Positions 27,005 through 36,074 of a stretch of 64,000 nt of DNA are shown here, piece after piece; position 1 is the first letter of the stretch; each line of letters starts with the position of its first letter. Where the stretch lies: contig JAFQAP010000003.1 in the NCBI GenBank assembly GCA_017399965.1, forward strand, positions 40,028 to 104,027, read 5' to 3'. Origin of the DNA: Clostridia bacterium (GTDB lineage: Bacteria > Bacillota > Clostridia > Oscillospirales > CAG-382). The notes beneath the pieces are model-generated. The model was not told where the DNA came from and searched no databases. It saw only the letters and a list, made by a program, of their open reading frames with translations. A program made the position numbers and the translations under genes.

Positions 27005-27426
27005 AAAAAATACCAATGGGAGCGCGTTCATTCGGCGCAGAACTAAAAACGCAAAAATTATAAATAGTTCTGTTTAGCGAATCTCCACAATGTAGGGCGG
27101 GGGTTTACTCCCGCCGCTCTAATAACACATTAATAGGTAAAAAATTTTCCGACGAAAATCGTCTTTAAAATTTTATTTTATTTGCGTTTTTATAGAAGCT
27201 TTTACTTCGCTAGCTGTAGATTACTACAGCACGCTCGTAAAAGACTTCTTCTGCATCCAAATGCTCCGCGTCCTTCAGATTTTGAGAACTACAGCCGGTA
27301 GATTTCGAAGAAATTAATCAATAGTTTTTTGCATTTTTGCAAAAAACTTACCGAAATTTCTCATTCCCGGGGTTCCCCGAAAACGCTATGCGTTTTTGGG
27401 GTGGGTTCCTCATTCCTCATTCATCA
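27005..27426 (+). repeat. Family-B composite repeat (27013-27325) followed by a family-A island (27325-27426), inside the ABC cluster
   Basis: Aligns with 39005-39310. Followed by TTTTTTGCA-ttt-TGCAAAAAA, the CCCC..GGGG hairpin (27375-27401) and CATTCCT/CATTCAT heptads that abut the stop at 27427. Confidence 0.85.
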
Positions 27427-27993
27427 TTACAAATATAATTCCAGTTTCCTGAAGCTCTTACGGTCAAGTGCCAGATAATCCTTGATCTCATACCTATTAC
27501 CGTCCACGTCGGTGAGGATAAGTCGGTTCCCGCCCACCTTGGCGATATTTCTGTATGTATCGTGCATAGAAAAGGACAATTTTCCCATATCGCTGTCTGT
27601 TTCCCAATATGTATAGCCGAACTTTGCGGAAACCGTGTTTATTTTTGATATAACGGGGCAAAAATACTTGCGCTTTAATTCTGCCCGTATAATTTCCGCC
27701 GCTTCTTCGGGCAGGGCGGAAATATCCTTTATCATACCGTATTCCTTGCCGTCTTTATCCAGAACGGAAATAAATTTATCGGGCATATCGTAGGGGAAGG
27801 CGCGGTGCAAAAACACTCTGCCCAGATCCTGCCAGACAGGTGTGTTATCCGCTTCGCCTTCTTCGGAAAGATCGTCCTTTCCAACGGGGGGCATAAACGC
27901 CTTTAAGCCGATAAGCCCGCCTTTGGTTAAGTAAAACTCCGCATTTTCTGCGGTAAAATATGTGGTTTCGGTTATTCCGTTCAAATTTTTCAC
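27427..27993 (-). CDS. DUF1854-like protein (ABC-transporter-associated)
   Basis: 188 aa. Overlaps the upstream ABC gene by 4 nt. The pattern RAFPYD...ISVLDKDGKEYGMI...DVDGNRYEI...LDRKSFRKLE resembles my recollection of DUF1854. Confidence 0.55.
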   Translation of the reverse strand: MKNLNGITETTYFTAENAEFYLTKGGLIGLKAFMPPVGKDDLSEEGEADNTPVWQDLGRVFLHRAFPYDMPDKFISVLDKDGKEYGMIKDISALPEEAAEIIRAELKRKYFCPVISKINTVSAKFGYTYWETDSDMGKLSFSMHDTYRNIAKVGGNRLILTDVDGNRYEIKDYLALDRKSFRKLELYL

Positions 27994-30272
27994 TCCTCTA
28001 TACCGATAGTTTTGAGTGCTTCCGCCTGCATCTTGTAAAGCTTGTAATAAACTCCCTTTGCCTTAAGCAGTTCGGTAGCCGTGCCTTTTTCCGGCATTTT
28101 TCCGTTTTCCACCACTACAAGGAAATCCGCATCTCTGAGTGTGGAAAGTCTGTGTGCTATCATTATGGTGGTGCGTCCCTTGGCAAGACGGGTGAGGGAT
28201 GCCTGTATCTGTCTTTCCGTCTGGGTGTCCATGGCGGCGGTGGCTTCGTCAAGAATAAGTATCTTCGGATCTCTCAGCACAGCGCGGGCGATGGATATTC
28301 TTTGCTTTTCGCCGCCGGAAAGGTCTTTTCCGCCCAAGCCCACCATAGTTTCGTACCCTTCGGGGTATTTTATGATAAACTGATGTGCGGACGCTATCCG
28401 CGCCGCTTCCATAACCTCTTCGTCGGTAGCGTCGGGACGGGCATAGCGTATGTTTTCCTTAATGGTGCCGCGGAACAGATATGTTTCCTGAGAAACTATA
28501 GCCACGTTTTCACGCAGGGACTTAAAGGAGATATCCTTTACGTTTATTCCGTCTATGTATATTCCGCCTTCGTTAACGTCATAAAGACGGGTGAGCAGGT
28601 TTACCAGAGTGGATTTGCCCGCACCTGTTTTACCTACTATACCTACCGTCTTTCCCGCAGGGACATCGAAGGAAATTTTATCGATAACAACACGGTTTTC
28701 TTCGTATGAGAACACCACGTTATCAAACTTGACGTCCCCCTTTACGTCGGTAAGGGAAACGGCATTTTCCGCTTCGCGCACCTCGGGCACGGAATCTTTA
28801 ATTTCAAAAAGTCTTTGCATTGCGTTAAGACATTCGCTCCACCAGTTGGAAACGTCGGCAAAAAACTGCAAAGGTCCGGTAATAAGCCCGAAATATGCGA
28901 TAAAAGCAGAAAGCGCGGCGTAATCCATATTACCGGTCCGGTTCATTACCTGCCATCCGCCTACGCCCCATACCACGTAAAGCCCTGCCTGAAGCAAAAA
29001 GCCTATTAAAGGATAGGACTTTGCGGAAAGCATACCTGCCTCCGCCACAGTTTCCGCATGGGCGCGGTTGCGTTTATCAAACCGCTTGCTCTCCTCGTTT
29101 TCACGGGAGAAGGATTTTACCACACGCATACCGTTAAGAACGTCGGATATAAGGGAATTGAGCGCTCTTCTTCTCGCCCAGTTCCGCGCCCATAGCTTAT
29201 CAAAGGCGAGGAACAGATATTTATATGCAAAAAAGAATACGGGAACCGTTATAAACGAAAACAAAGTAAGCAGAGGGTTTGCCGCCAGCATTACACCCAT
29301 TACGCAAAGCAGGGTAAGGATGTTTGTTACAAGATAGGGGAACCCATCGCAGAAAAACCAATAAAGTGTTGTGGCGTCCCCGTTTACCTGTGTCATAAGT
29401 CCGCCTGTCTGGCGGGAGGTAAAGAAGGAAAGGGAAAGCTTGTTTATGTTTTCGAAAATAAGCATTTTAAGGTCATAAGTGACCTGCGCCGCCGTGCGGG
29501 AGGATAGCGTGCCCACAACAAGGTTTACTATAAGGAAAGCGATGCGCACACCGATGATAAGCAGTACCACGGTGCCGATCATTCCGTACATACTGCCCCC
29601 TTCTTCCAAAACCTCTCCGTAAAGGAGCTGGTTGGAAACGTAGGGCACCGCCACGGAAAGAGCAGAGGACGCCAAAAACGCCACCATAAGCAAAAGCACA
29701 AAGCCCTTGTATCTTGAGAAAAGAGATACCATTTTTTTAATAAGCTTGGTTTTTTCAAGACATTTCGGGCATACTTTTCTTTGCTGGTCGGGGTATCGCA
29801 TACCGCACTTGGGGCAGAATTTTTCTTTGCTGCGCTCGTCGGCGTGCTTTTCTTCGTCTATCTTTCCGTCTTTTTTAAGTTCCTTTATGCAGGCGCAGAT
29901 AACGTTTGCTTCGTGCTTGCAGGCAGAGGAAACGTCAAAAAGAGGAACGGTATCGTTTCCGAACACCGCGGTAACGCGGGCTGTGGATATAAGCAGTTCT
30001 GTTTGGGGATCACTCATATCCGCGATCGTATATTCCCGTTTATCAAAGCAATCAAACCGCTGAACTCTTTTTCTTCCCTGCTTTTGCAGTATAAGTACTC
30101 CTTCGGCAACGTAAAGCTTTTCGGCGGTAAGCACCACAAAGGTGTCCGCCTTTATGCCGGGAAACGCCATATCGGAACGCATTACCGCCAAAGCAGAGGA
30201 AATATCTATATCGTTTTGTTCAAAAAATGCCAAAGCGGAAGATGGCAGTTCGCATAATTTAAGCATTTGCAA
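27990..30272 (-). CDS. ABC transporter, fused permease/ATPase, with an N-terminal extra domain plus zinc ribbon
   Basis: 760 aa. N-terminal roughly 150-aa domain, then CPKCGMRY...CPKC, a TM domain, Walker A GKTGAGKST, signature LSGGEKQR and ILILDEAT. Confidence 0.9.
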   Translation of the reverse strand: MQMLKLCELPSSALAFFEQNDIDISSALAVMRSDMAFPGIKADTFVVLTAEKLYVAEGVLILQKQGRKRVQRFDCFDKREYTIADMSDPQTELLISTARVTAVFGNDTVPLFDVSSACKHEANVICACIKELKKDGKIDEEKHADERSKEKFCPKCGMRYPDQQRKVCPKCLEKTKLIKKMVSLFSRYKGFVLLLMVAFLASSALSVAVPYVSNQLLYGEVLEEGGSMYGMIGTVVLLIIGVRIAFLIVNLVVGTLSSRTAAQVTYDLKMLIFENINKLSLSFFTSRQTGGLMTQVNGDATTLYWFFCDGFPYLVTNILTLLCVMGVMLAANPLLTLFSFITVPVFFFAYKYLFLAFDKLWARNWARRRALNSLISDVLNGMRVVKSFSRENEESKRFDKRNRAHAETVAEAGMLSAKSYPLIGFLLQAGLYVVWGVGGWQVMNRTGNMDYAALSAFIAYFGLITGPLQFFADVSNWWSECLNAMQRLFEIKDSVPEVREAENAVSLTDVKGDVKFDNVVFSYEENRVVIDKISFDVPAGKTVGIVGKTGAGKSTLVNLLTRLYDVNEGGIYIDGINVKDISFKSLRENVAIVSQETYLFRGTIKENIRYARPDATDEEVMEAARIASAHQFIIKYPEGYETMVGLGGKDLSGGEKQRISIARAVLRDPKILILDEATAAMDTQTERQIQASLTRLAKGRTTIMIAHRLSTLRDADFLVVVENGKMPEKGTATELLKAKGVYYKLYKMQAEALKTIGIEE

Positions 30273-30535
30273 ATAAATCCTTCCGGAAAAAAATCATCTG
30301 TTTCAAGATACCACAAATATGCGGAAAATACAATAGTTTTTACACATTTTTACGGTAAACTTAAGGTTGAAAACAATTAACGCGCAGAGTGAAAAACCGT
30401 TGACGTATCAACAAAAACCGAAAAAAACGAAAAAATTATTACAAAGTTGTAATATTTGAATAGCGATACACAATTTGTTCTTGATTTTCCCCTTTTGGTG
30501 TGATAAACTAATTTAATCAACGGAGGTGTTTCCAA

Positions 30536-31657
30536 ATGGCAAAAATCGCAATACTCGGCTTCGGCGTGGTAGGTCAGGGCGTATACGAGGTTTTAAATAC
30601 CAATTCCCGTCTTATAACCGCCCGCACGGGAGAAGAGTTTATTATAAAACGCATACTGGATAAAAGAGTTTTCCCCAACCATCCTTTGGGGGACAGAGTA
30701 ACGGCAGATCTTAACGATATACTTAACGATACGGAAATTTCCGTAGTTGCGGAGACTATGGGCGGCACTTCCCCCGCTTATGAATTTTCCCTTGCTCTTA
30801 TCCGCGCAGGCAAAAGCGTGGTCACCTCCAACAAAGCGGTGGTTGAAAAGCACGGAAAAGAGCTTTGCGCAGAGGCGGCAAAACACGGCGTGGCATATCT
30901 TTACGAAGCTTCCGCAGGCGGCGGAATTCCCGTAATACATCCTATTCTCCACTGTCTTGCAGGTAACGATATTCAAAAGGTGTGCGGTATACTTAACGGC
31001 ACCACCAATTATATACTCACAAAAATGCGGGACGAGGGCCTTTCCTTTGATACCGCTTTAAAGCAGGCGCAGGCACTCGGCTATGCGGAGGCGGACCCTA
31101 CGGCAGACGTTTCCGGCGCAGATGCGGCGCGTAAAATATGCATATTGGCGTCCCTTGCCTTTAATACCCATATCGCACTGGAAAACGTATCCGTTATGCA
31201 GGGTATCGAGGACGTGACGGAAGAAGACGTTATCAAAGCGGAAAAGCGGGGATACGCCGTAAAGCTTATCGGCTTCGGTGAAAAAACGGGAGATACCGCG
31301 CGGCTGTTCGTTGCCCCCTGTCTTGTAAGCAAAAAGACGGTGCTGGGCATAACCGATGACGTTATCAACGCCGTTTCCGTTTACGGCGATTGCGTGGGCG
31401 GAGTGACCTTCCGCGGCAGAGGCGCAGGCGGAAAAGCCACCGCGTCCGCCGTTGTTTCGGATATTCTTGAAGCACACAGCGGCAAATATGTTAAAGAATA
31501 TAAAAACGAAAAAGTATCCTTCCTCAACGTGAACGAAGGAAAGGATATGCTGTATATACCCGAAACCGACGAATTTATACAGCCCGATACGCTGGAAAAT
31601 CAGTTGAAGGCTGTAGGAAGTAAGAAGTATTATAGGGTAGTTGAGATAGCGGAATGA
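30536..31657 (+). CDS. hom: Homoserine dehydrogenase (no obvious C-terminal ACT domain)
   Basis: 373 aa with the motifs ILGFGVVGQG, VVTSNKA, EASAGGGIP, GILNGTTNYIL and GYAEADPTADVSGADAARK. Confidence 0.9.
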   Translation: MAKIAILGFGVVGQGVYEVLNTNSRLITARTGEEFIIKRILDKRVFPNHPLGDRVTADLNDILNDTEISVVAETMGGTSPAYEFSLALIRAGKSVVTSNKAVVEKHGKELCAEAAKHGVAYLYEASAGGGIPVIHPILHCLAGNDIQKVCGILNGTTNYILTKMRDEGLSFDTALKQAQALGYAEADPTADVSGADAARKICILASLAFNTHIALENVSVMQGIEDVTEEDVIKAEKRGYAVKLIGFGEKTGDTARLFVAPCLVSKKTVLGITDDVINAVSVYGDCVGGVTFRGRGAGGKATASAVVSDILEAHSGKYVKEYKNEKVSFLNVNEGKDMLYIPETDEFIQPDTLENQLKAVGSKKYYRVVEIAE

Positions 31658-31775
31658 GGAAGGAGGAATGAGGAATGAGGAATTACGGAAGATTTTTGTT
31701 CTGTGAACAAAAATCAACCATCATTCATCATTTAGCATCGCGTTCGCGATGCGTCGCATTCATCATTTCTCATTG
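31652..31775. repeat. Family-A island
   Basis: The hom stop TGA (31655-31657) lies inside the first AATGAGG word. Followed by GATTTTTG-TTCtgtGAA-CAAAAATC (31691-31715), CATTCAT heptads and GCATCGC-gttc-GCGATGC. Confidence 0.85.
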
Positions 31776-31798
31776 TTTTTTGTTTTTCCCTTGAAAAA

Positions 31799-31828
31799 CA
31801 AAAAACCGAATGCAAAATGCATTCGGTT
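31799..31828 (-). terminator. Rho-independent terminator after tRNA-Glu
   Basis: AACCGAATGCA-tttt-GCATTCGGTT stem followed by a T-run on the - strand. Confidence 0.75.
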
Positions 31829-31903
31829 TGGTGACCCGTAGGGGAGTCGAACCCCTGCCTTCGCCGTGAGAGGGCGACGTCTTGACCACTTGACTAACAG
31901 GCC
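31829..31903 (-). tRNA. tRNA-Glu (anticodon CUC), CCA encoded
   Basis: The - strand reads GGCCTGTTAGTCAAGTGGTCAAGACGTCGCCCTCTCACGGCGAAGGCAGGGGTTCGACTCCCCTACGGGTCACCA, close to Firmicute tRNA-Glu. Anticodon loop CT-CTC-AC. An upstream TTGACA-17-TAATAT promoter lies at about 31910-31945. Confidence 0.85.
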
Positions 31904-31980
31904 TCGCAAAGCATATATTACCACAGCCTGCTTTGAATGTCAATAGTTTTTTAATTATGGAAGGGAGGAAAATTTAAAGA

Positions 31981-33111
31981 ATGCTTCCTAAGGAACCGTA
32001 TAAAAAAATACTTGTTGCCGCAGCGTACGTGCTTATCGGCGCGGCGCTTGCTTTCGTGTTTGTAAAATATCTGGCAGGGGTATTGCTTCCCTTTATTATC
32101 GCATACGTACTTGCCGTGCTTTTACATCCTTTGGTAAATCTGGTTTGTAAAAAAACAAAAATTCCCCGTATAATAACCGTAATACTCACGGTCGTAGTCA
32201 CTGTGGGAGTTGTGGGCGTATTGCTTTATCTGGTCGTCCACCGCGTTTACAACGAAATCACCTCCCTTTACCAGACCGTAAGCAATATACTTACGGAAAT
32301 GAAAAACAACCCCGATTACGCTGTAGAGATAATAGATACGATAAACGGCTACGTTCCTTTTGTGGATTTCCGCGAACAGCTTATGGAGATATGGGAGAAT
32401 ATCGACGTATACGTAACCACGTTTGCAACCACTCTGGTGACCGACCTTAACGGCATTATTATCCCTGCCATAAACGCTATAATGAACACCGTGCCTCCCG
32501 TGCTTGTGGGCACCATAATCACCATAGTTGCTTTCTATTATTTTCTTGCCCAGTATCACCGGATAAACAATGCGGTGGTAAGCGTGTTCCCCAAAGTGGT
32601 GGGCGAGCATCTTGTGGCTATTAAAAGACAGCTTGTAAGCGCCGTGTTTATGTTTATAAAGGCTTACGGCGTTATAATGATGATAACCTTTATGGAAGCC
32701 TTTGTGGGATTCACCATCCTGGGTGTAGAGTATGCGTTCTTGATGGCTGTTCTCACCGCCGTAGTTGATATTATGCCTATTCTTGGCACAGGTGCCGTGG
32801 TTATTCCCTGGGGCGTATTCGAGATCATACGCGGTAATTATTTTATCGGTATCGGTCTTTTGGTGCTGTATGCCATCATCACCGTGGTGCGCCAGTTCCT
32901 TGAGCCCAAGATCGTGGGAAAGAGCGTGGGTCTTCACCCCCTGCTTGCGCTGGTATCAATGTACGTCGGCTTAAAATTATTGGGCGTTGTGGGACTTTTC
33001 GGGTTCCCCATAGCTTTGGTTATCTACAACAGATTGCGCGAAGAAGGATTTTTCAAATTCAAGCCCCATCCTTCTGAGCCCGCACAGGAAACAGCAAATA
33101 CGGACAAATAA
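31981..33111 (+). CDS. ytvI: AI-2E/PerM family membrane protein, YtvI-like (sporulation integral membrane protein)
   Basis: 376 aa with a polytopic membrane profile. The C-terminal motifs PILGTGAVVIPW and EPKIVGKSVGLHPL are typical of AI-2E/YtvI. Confidence 0.55.
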   Translation: MLPKEPYKKILVAAAYVLIGAALAFVFVKYLAGVLLPFIIAYVLAVLLHPLVNLVCKKTKIPRIITVILTVVVTVGVVGVLLYLVVHRVYNEITSLYQTVSNILTEMKNNPDYAVEIIDTINGYVPFVDFREQLMEIWENIDVYVTTFATTLVTDLNGIIIPAINAIMNTVPPVLVGTIITIVAFYYFLAQYHRINNAVVSVFPKVVGEHLVAIKRQLVSAVFMFIKAYGVIMMITFMEAFVGFTILGVEYAFLMAVLTAVVDIMPILGTGAVVIPWGVFEIIRGNYFIGIGLLVLYAIITVVRQFLEPKIVGKSVGLHPLLALVSMYVGLKLLGVVGLFGFPIALVIYNRLREEGFFKFKPHPSEPAQETANTDK

Positions 33112-33151
33112 TTGCCCGCAAATATAAAAACGAAATATAAGGAGAAAAAAC

Positions 33152-34474
33152 ATGAAAAAGTTTATTTCCGTAAGTCTGGTGCTTATGCTGGTTCTCACAA
33201 GCCTGCTTGTTATCAGCACCTCCGCCGCAGAGGCTGACAGTATAGTTCATTCTCTGCTTCCCGCCGAAGACGATACAAACGGCAAGGTTACGGTTAACAA
33301 CTGCGAGTACACCTGCAATGCAGACGGCTCTGTTACCTTTACCGTTACCGGCGCAGGCGCAAGCGTTAATGTTGTATATGCAGAAGGCGCTACCGTTTGG
33401 GCAGGCGATGCGTTTAACGTAAGAGAAGGCGCATACGTTGTATTCGATTACGGCTCTGCAGACGGCGCAACTCTCGGTCAGTCCACTCAGGCTCACTACA
33501 CCCGTAAGGATAAAGAAGCAAACGGCACTGTAGCAGACCTCTGGCTTACCTCCATGCAGACTATGACCAATTATCAGAAGGCATCCGGCGATGGATACGG
33601 CATCTGGTCTTTGGGCGATTACCTTGTAACCGAAAAGGGCGATGCAGGCATTTTCGAGGATAATATGCACCGCTTTACCTCTCTTGAGCTTTACATAGAA
33701 GGTCCCGTAGGTTCTTCCGTAACCGTATACCGCTTCTACGTTGGTACCGCAGACGCTGTTGAAGGTCTGGGCTCCGTACGTCCCGAAGCAAAGGAACCCG
33801 AAGTAAGCGAACCCGAAGAAAGCGAACCCGCAGTAGAGGTTGAAATTCCCGAAGGCGCGATCAACCTGGGCAGAGTTCCCGTTAACACCAGCATCAGTAC
33901 CGGCTCTACCACCGTTGTTTCCGACCCTGCAATTATGCACAATTATAACGTAAAGTGGACCTCCTGCGCACTGCTCAGACCCACCGAAAACGAAAACGAA
34001 TATTCCGTTGTTGCTACCAAGTGGCTTGACGGCGTTGATACCTTCCTCTTTGAGGAAGCTAAAGAAGGCGATATCGTTCTTTCCGTTCACGGTGACGATA
34101 CCGTTGCAGGCTCTCAGGCAAACAAAGATGCTCTTACCGCACTTCCCGCAGGAAGCATTGTTACCCTTATCGGTTATGATTTTGAAAAGCTTACCGCCGC
34201 AGACGATGCAGTAGTATTCTTTGTTCCCGGCACCGCAGGCACCGATGAATCCGAACCCGAAGCAAGCGAAGAGCCCTCCGAAGAACCCTCCGAAGAGCCC
34301 TCCAAGGATGAGTCTGCTCCCGTTGCAAACAACTCCGAAGATGAATCTACCCCCGCCTCCGGCGAAGAGACCAATGTTATCGGCACCGGTCTTATTATCG
34401 GTATAGTTGCAGGCGTAGTTGCAGTTGCTGTAATAGTAGTTGTAGTTATCGTTGTCGTTAAAAAGAAGAAATAA
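33152..34474 (+). CDS. Secreted hypothetical protein with an acidic Pro/Glu linker and a C-terminal TM anchor
   Basis: 440 aa. Signal peptide MKKFISVSLVLMLVLTSLLVISTSAAEA, AAGGAG RBS, SEPEASEEPSEEPSEEPS linker and a C-terminal hydrophobic helix plus KKKK. The 508-aa antisense ORF was rejected. Confidence 0.7.
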   Translation: MKKFISVSLVLMLVLTSLLVISTSAAEADSIVHSLLPAEDDTNGKVTVNNCEYTCNADGSVTFTVTGAGASVNVVYAEGATVWAGDAFNVREGAYVVFDYGSADGATLGQSTQAHYTRKDKEANGTVADLWLTSMQTMTNYQKASGDGYGIWSLGDYLVTEKGDAGIFEDNMHRFTSLELYIEGPVGSSVTVYRFYVGTADAVEGLGSVRPEAKEPEVSEPEESEPAVEVEIPEGAINLGRVPVNTSISTGSTTVVSDPAIMHNYNVKWTSCALLRPTENENEYSVVATKWLDGVDTFLFEEAKEGDIVLSVHGDDTVAGSQANKDALTALPAGSIVTLIGYDFEKLTAADDAVVFFVPGTAGTDESEPEASEEPSEEPSEEPSKDESAPVANNSEDESTPASGEETNVIGTGLIIGIVAGVVAVAVIVVVVIVVVKKKK

Positions 34475-34484
34475 CAAATAACAT

Positions 34485-34514
34485 AAAAAGCTCCGAGTGA
34501 TCGGAGCTTTTTTA
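34485..34514 (+). terminator. Rho-independent terminator
   Basis: AAAAAGCTCCGA-gtga-TCGGAGCTTTTT followed by a T-run. Confidence 0.8.
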
Positions 34515-34516
34515 TT

Positions 34517-34667
34517 AGTGAAGAGAGACGAGAGAAAAGAGAAGAGAAACGGAAGATTTTTGCAAAGCGTTGCAAAAATCAACATTCATTCCTCATTCCT
34601 CATTCCTCATTCCCGGGGTTCCCCGAAAACGCCATGCGTTTTTGGGGTGGGTTCCTCATTCCTCATT
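34517..34667 (+). repeat. Family-A island
   Basis: In order: a GA-rich arm, GATTTTTG-CAAagcgTTG-CAAAAATC (34555-34580), CATTCCT heptads, the CCCC..GGGG hairpin with a CAT loop (34621-34647), then CCTCATT. The stop of the - strand gene (34663-34665) lies in the last heptad. Confidence 0.85.
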
Positions 34668-35415
34668 TGCTTTTCTTCTTATCCATAAAATACCATGGTA
34701 GATATGCGAGCACAAACAGCGTGGTCACCGCCGCCATCATCACGGCGAAGCGGAGCGCGAAATTGGGAGGAAGGATATCGAGTATCGAGGGGGTATCCTC
34801 GGGGCGCGCCATAAACAGATAGTTTGCGCCGGGGCCTATAATACGGTTTGCCGCAAAGGCAACGGCGGTAAGCACTCCCAACAGCCCGTAGGCTTTAAAA
34901 GCGCCTTTTACCGTGGGGCGCATCTTATGTACGAACACCATATAGAATACGGAAACGTAACCCAGCGTGTGCTCCAGCCAGAACTGGTAGTATCTGAAGC
35001 GGGTGGGACCGGTAAACGAAATTACCGTGGGAGTTATGAGAGCGAATACAGACCCTGCAAACAGCCAGAAATATACTATATCAAAAAGGCTTTGGCTTTT
35101 GCCGATAACCATAAAGCTGCAAAAAACGACCGCCCAGCCGCACACGGTGATGGGGAGATGGTCCACGGGGTTGGGATCCAGCGAAGGAATGCCCACAAGC
35201 CGCCAGTAATAGGACATTTCGGAAATTATAAGCATAAACGCAAGGGTATAGCGGAATGCTTTTTCATGCTTGCACGCCTGTATTTTATCCTTAAACCGCC
35301 ATATAAGCAAAATTACTCCCACGGCGATAAGTATGGGAAGAAAATGGGCAAGAGAAAAGTTTGCAAATTCCTCTGTTTCCCCTTTTCCGAAAAAGTAATT
35401 AAAAAATTCCTTCAT
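34663..35415 (-). CDS. Integral membrane protein, TIGR02206/YwaF-like
   Basis: 250 aa with about 7 TM helices. The N-terminus FSLAHFLPILIAVGVILLIW resembles the YwaF family. GGAGGA RBS. Confidence 0.5.
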   Translation of the reverse strand: MKEFFNYFFGKGETEEFANFSLAHFLPILIAVGVILLIWRFKDKIQACKHEKAFRYTLAFMLIISEMSYYWRLVGIPSLDPNPVDHLPITVCGWAVVFCSFMVIGKSQSLFDIVYFWLFAGSVFALITPTVISFTGPTRFRYYQFWLEHTLGYVSVFYMVFVHKMRPTVKGAFKAYGLLGVLTAVAFAANRIIGPGANYLFMARPEDTPSILDILPPNFALRFAVMMAAVTTLFVLAYLPWYFMDKKKSK

Positions 35416-35485
35416 ATTCAGGCTTCCTCCACCGTTTATATATAAACTATATCACATACAAAGGGGAAAAGCAATATTTTGTTGA

Positions 35486-35606
35486 AAATGAGGAACCCGT
35501 TTCGGGAGAGAAGAGATAAGAGAGAAAAGAGAAAAGATTTTTGCAAAGCGTTGCAAAAATCAACCATCATTCCTCATTCATCATTCCTCATTCATCATTC
35601 CTCATT
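35486..35606 (+). repeat. Family-A island (same hairpin core as 34555-34580)
   Basis: In order: an AATGAGG word, a GA-rich arm, GATTTTTG-CAAagcgTTG-CAAAAATC (35536-35561), then CATTCCT/CATTCAT heptads abutting the stop at 35606-35608. Confidence 0.85.
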
Positions 35607-36037
35607 TATCTTTTCTTTGCCGCTTTCTTTATTATATCCGCTTTTGTCTGCTTTTTTCCTGCGGCGATGTATCCTCCCAGCAAAGGGGCAAGCGCCGCCG
35701 CAAGGGGAGGGAGCACACGGGCGAGCAGGTTTTCGCTTTCGGGGAAAAAGGCGCATAATACCCCCAGCAAAACAAGGGTAGTCACTGCGGCGTAAACTCC
35801 GCTTATTAATGCGCCCCCCAGCTTTACCGCCAAAAATCCCCCTGCCATACCGCCCAAACCTATGGCTATACACGCTGCGGTAAGGATATGGGAAGCGGGG
35901 TCTGCACTTCCCGCAAACGCCGCCGCAAGACACAGCATTAACAAAACAGATACAAAGGGCACGGCAACACCGCCGATAAGTCCGCCCAACAGAGGGTTTA
36001 AGGTGAGTTTATTTTCTTTTTTCATCTTTGCGCACAT
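35606..36037 (-). CDS. Small Gly-rich membrane protein (TIGR04086/YrzE-like)
   Basis: 143 aa (or 139 aa from MKKENK at 36025). Three to four Gly/Ala-rich TM helices. Confidence 0.4.
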   Translation of the reverse strand: MCAKMKKENKLTLNPLLGGLIGGVAVPFVSVLLMLCLAAAFAGSADPASHILTAACIAIGLGGMAGGFLAVKLGGALISGVYAAVTTLVLLGVLCAFFPESENLLARVLPPLAAALAPLLGGYIAAGKKQTKADIIKKAAKKR

Positions 36038-36074
36038 CTCCTTTTTTAATATAGATATGCGCGCACTCTTTTAA

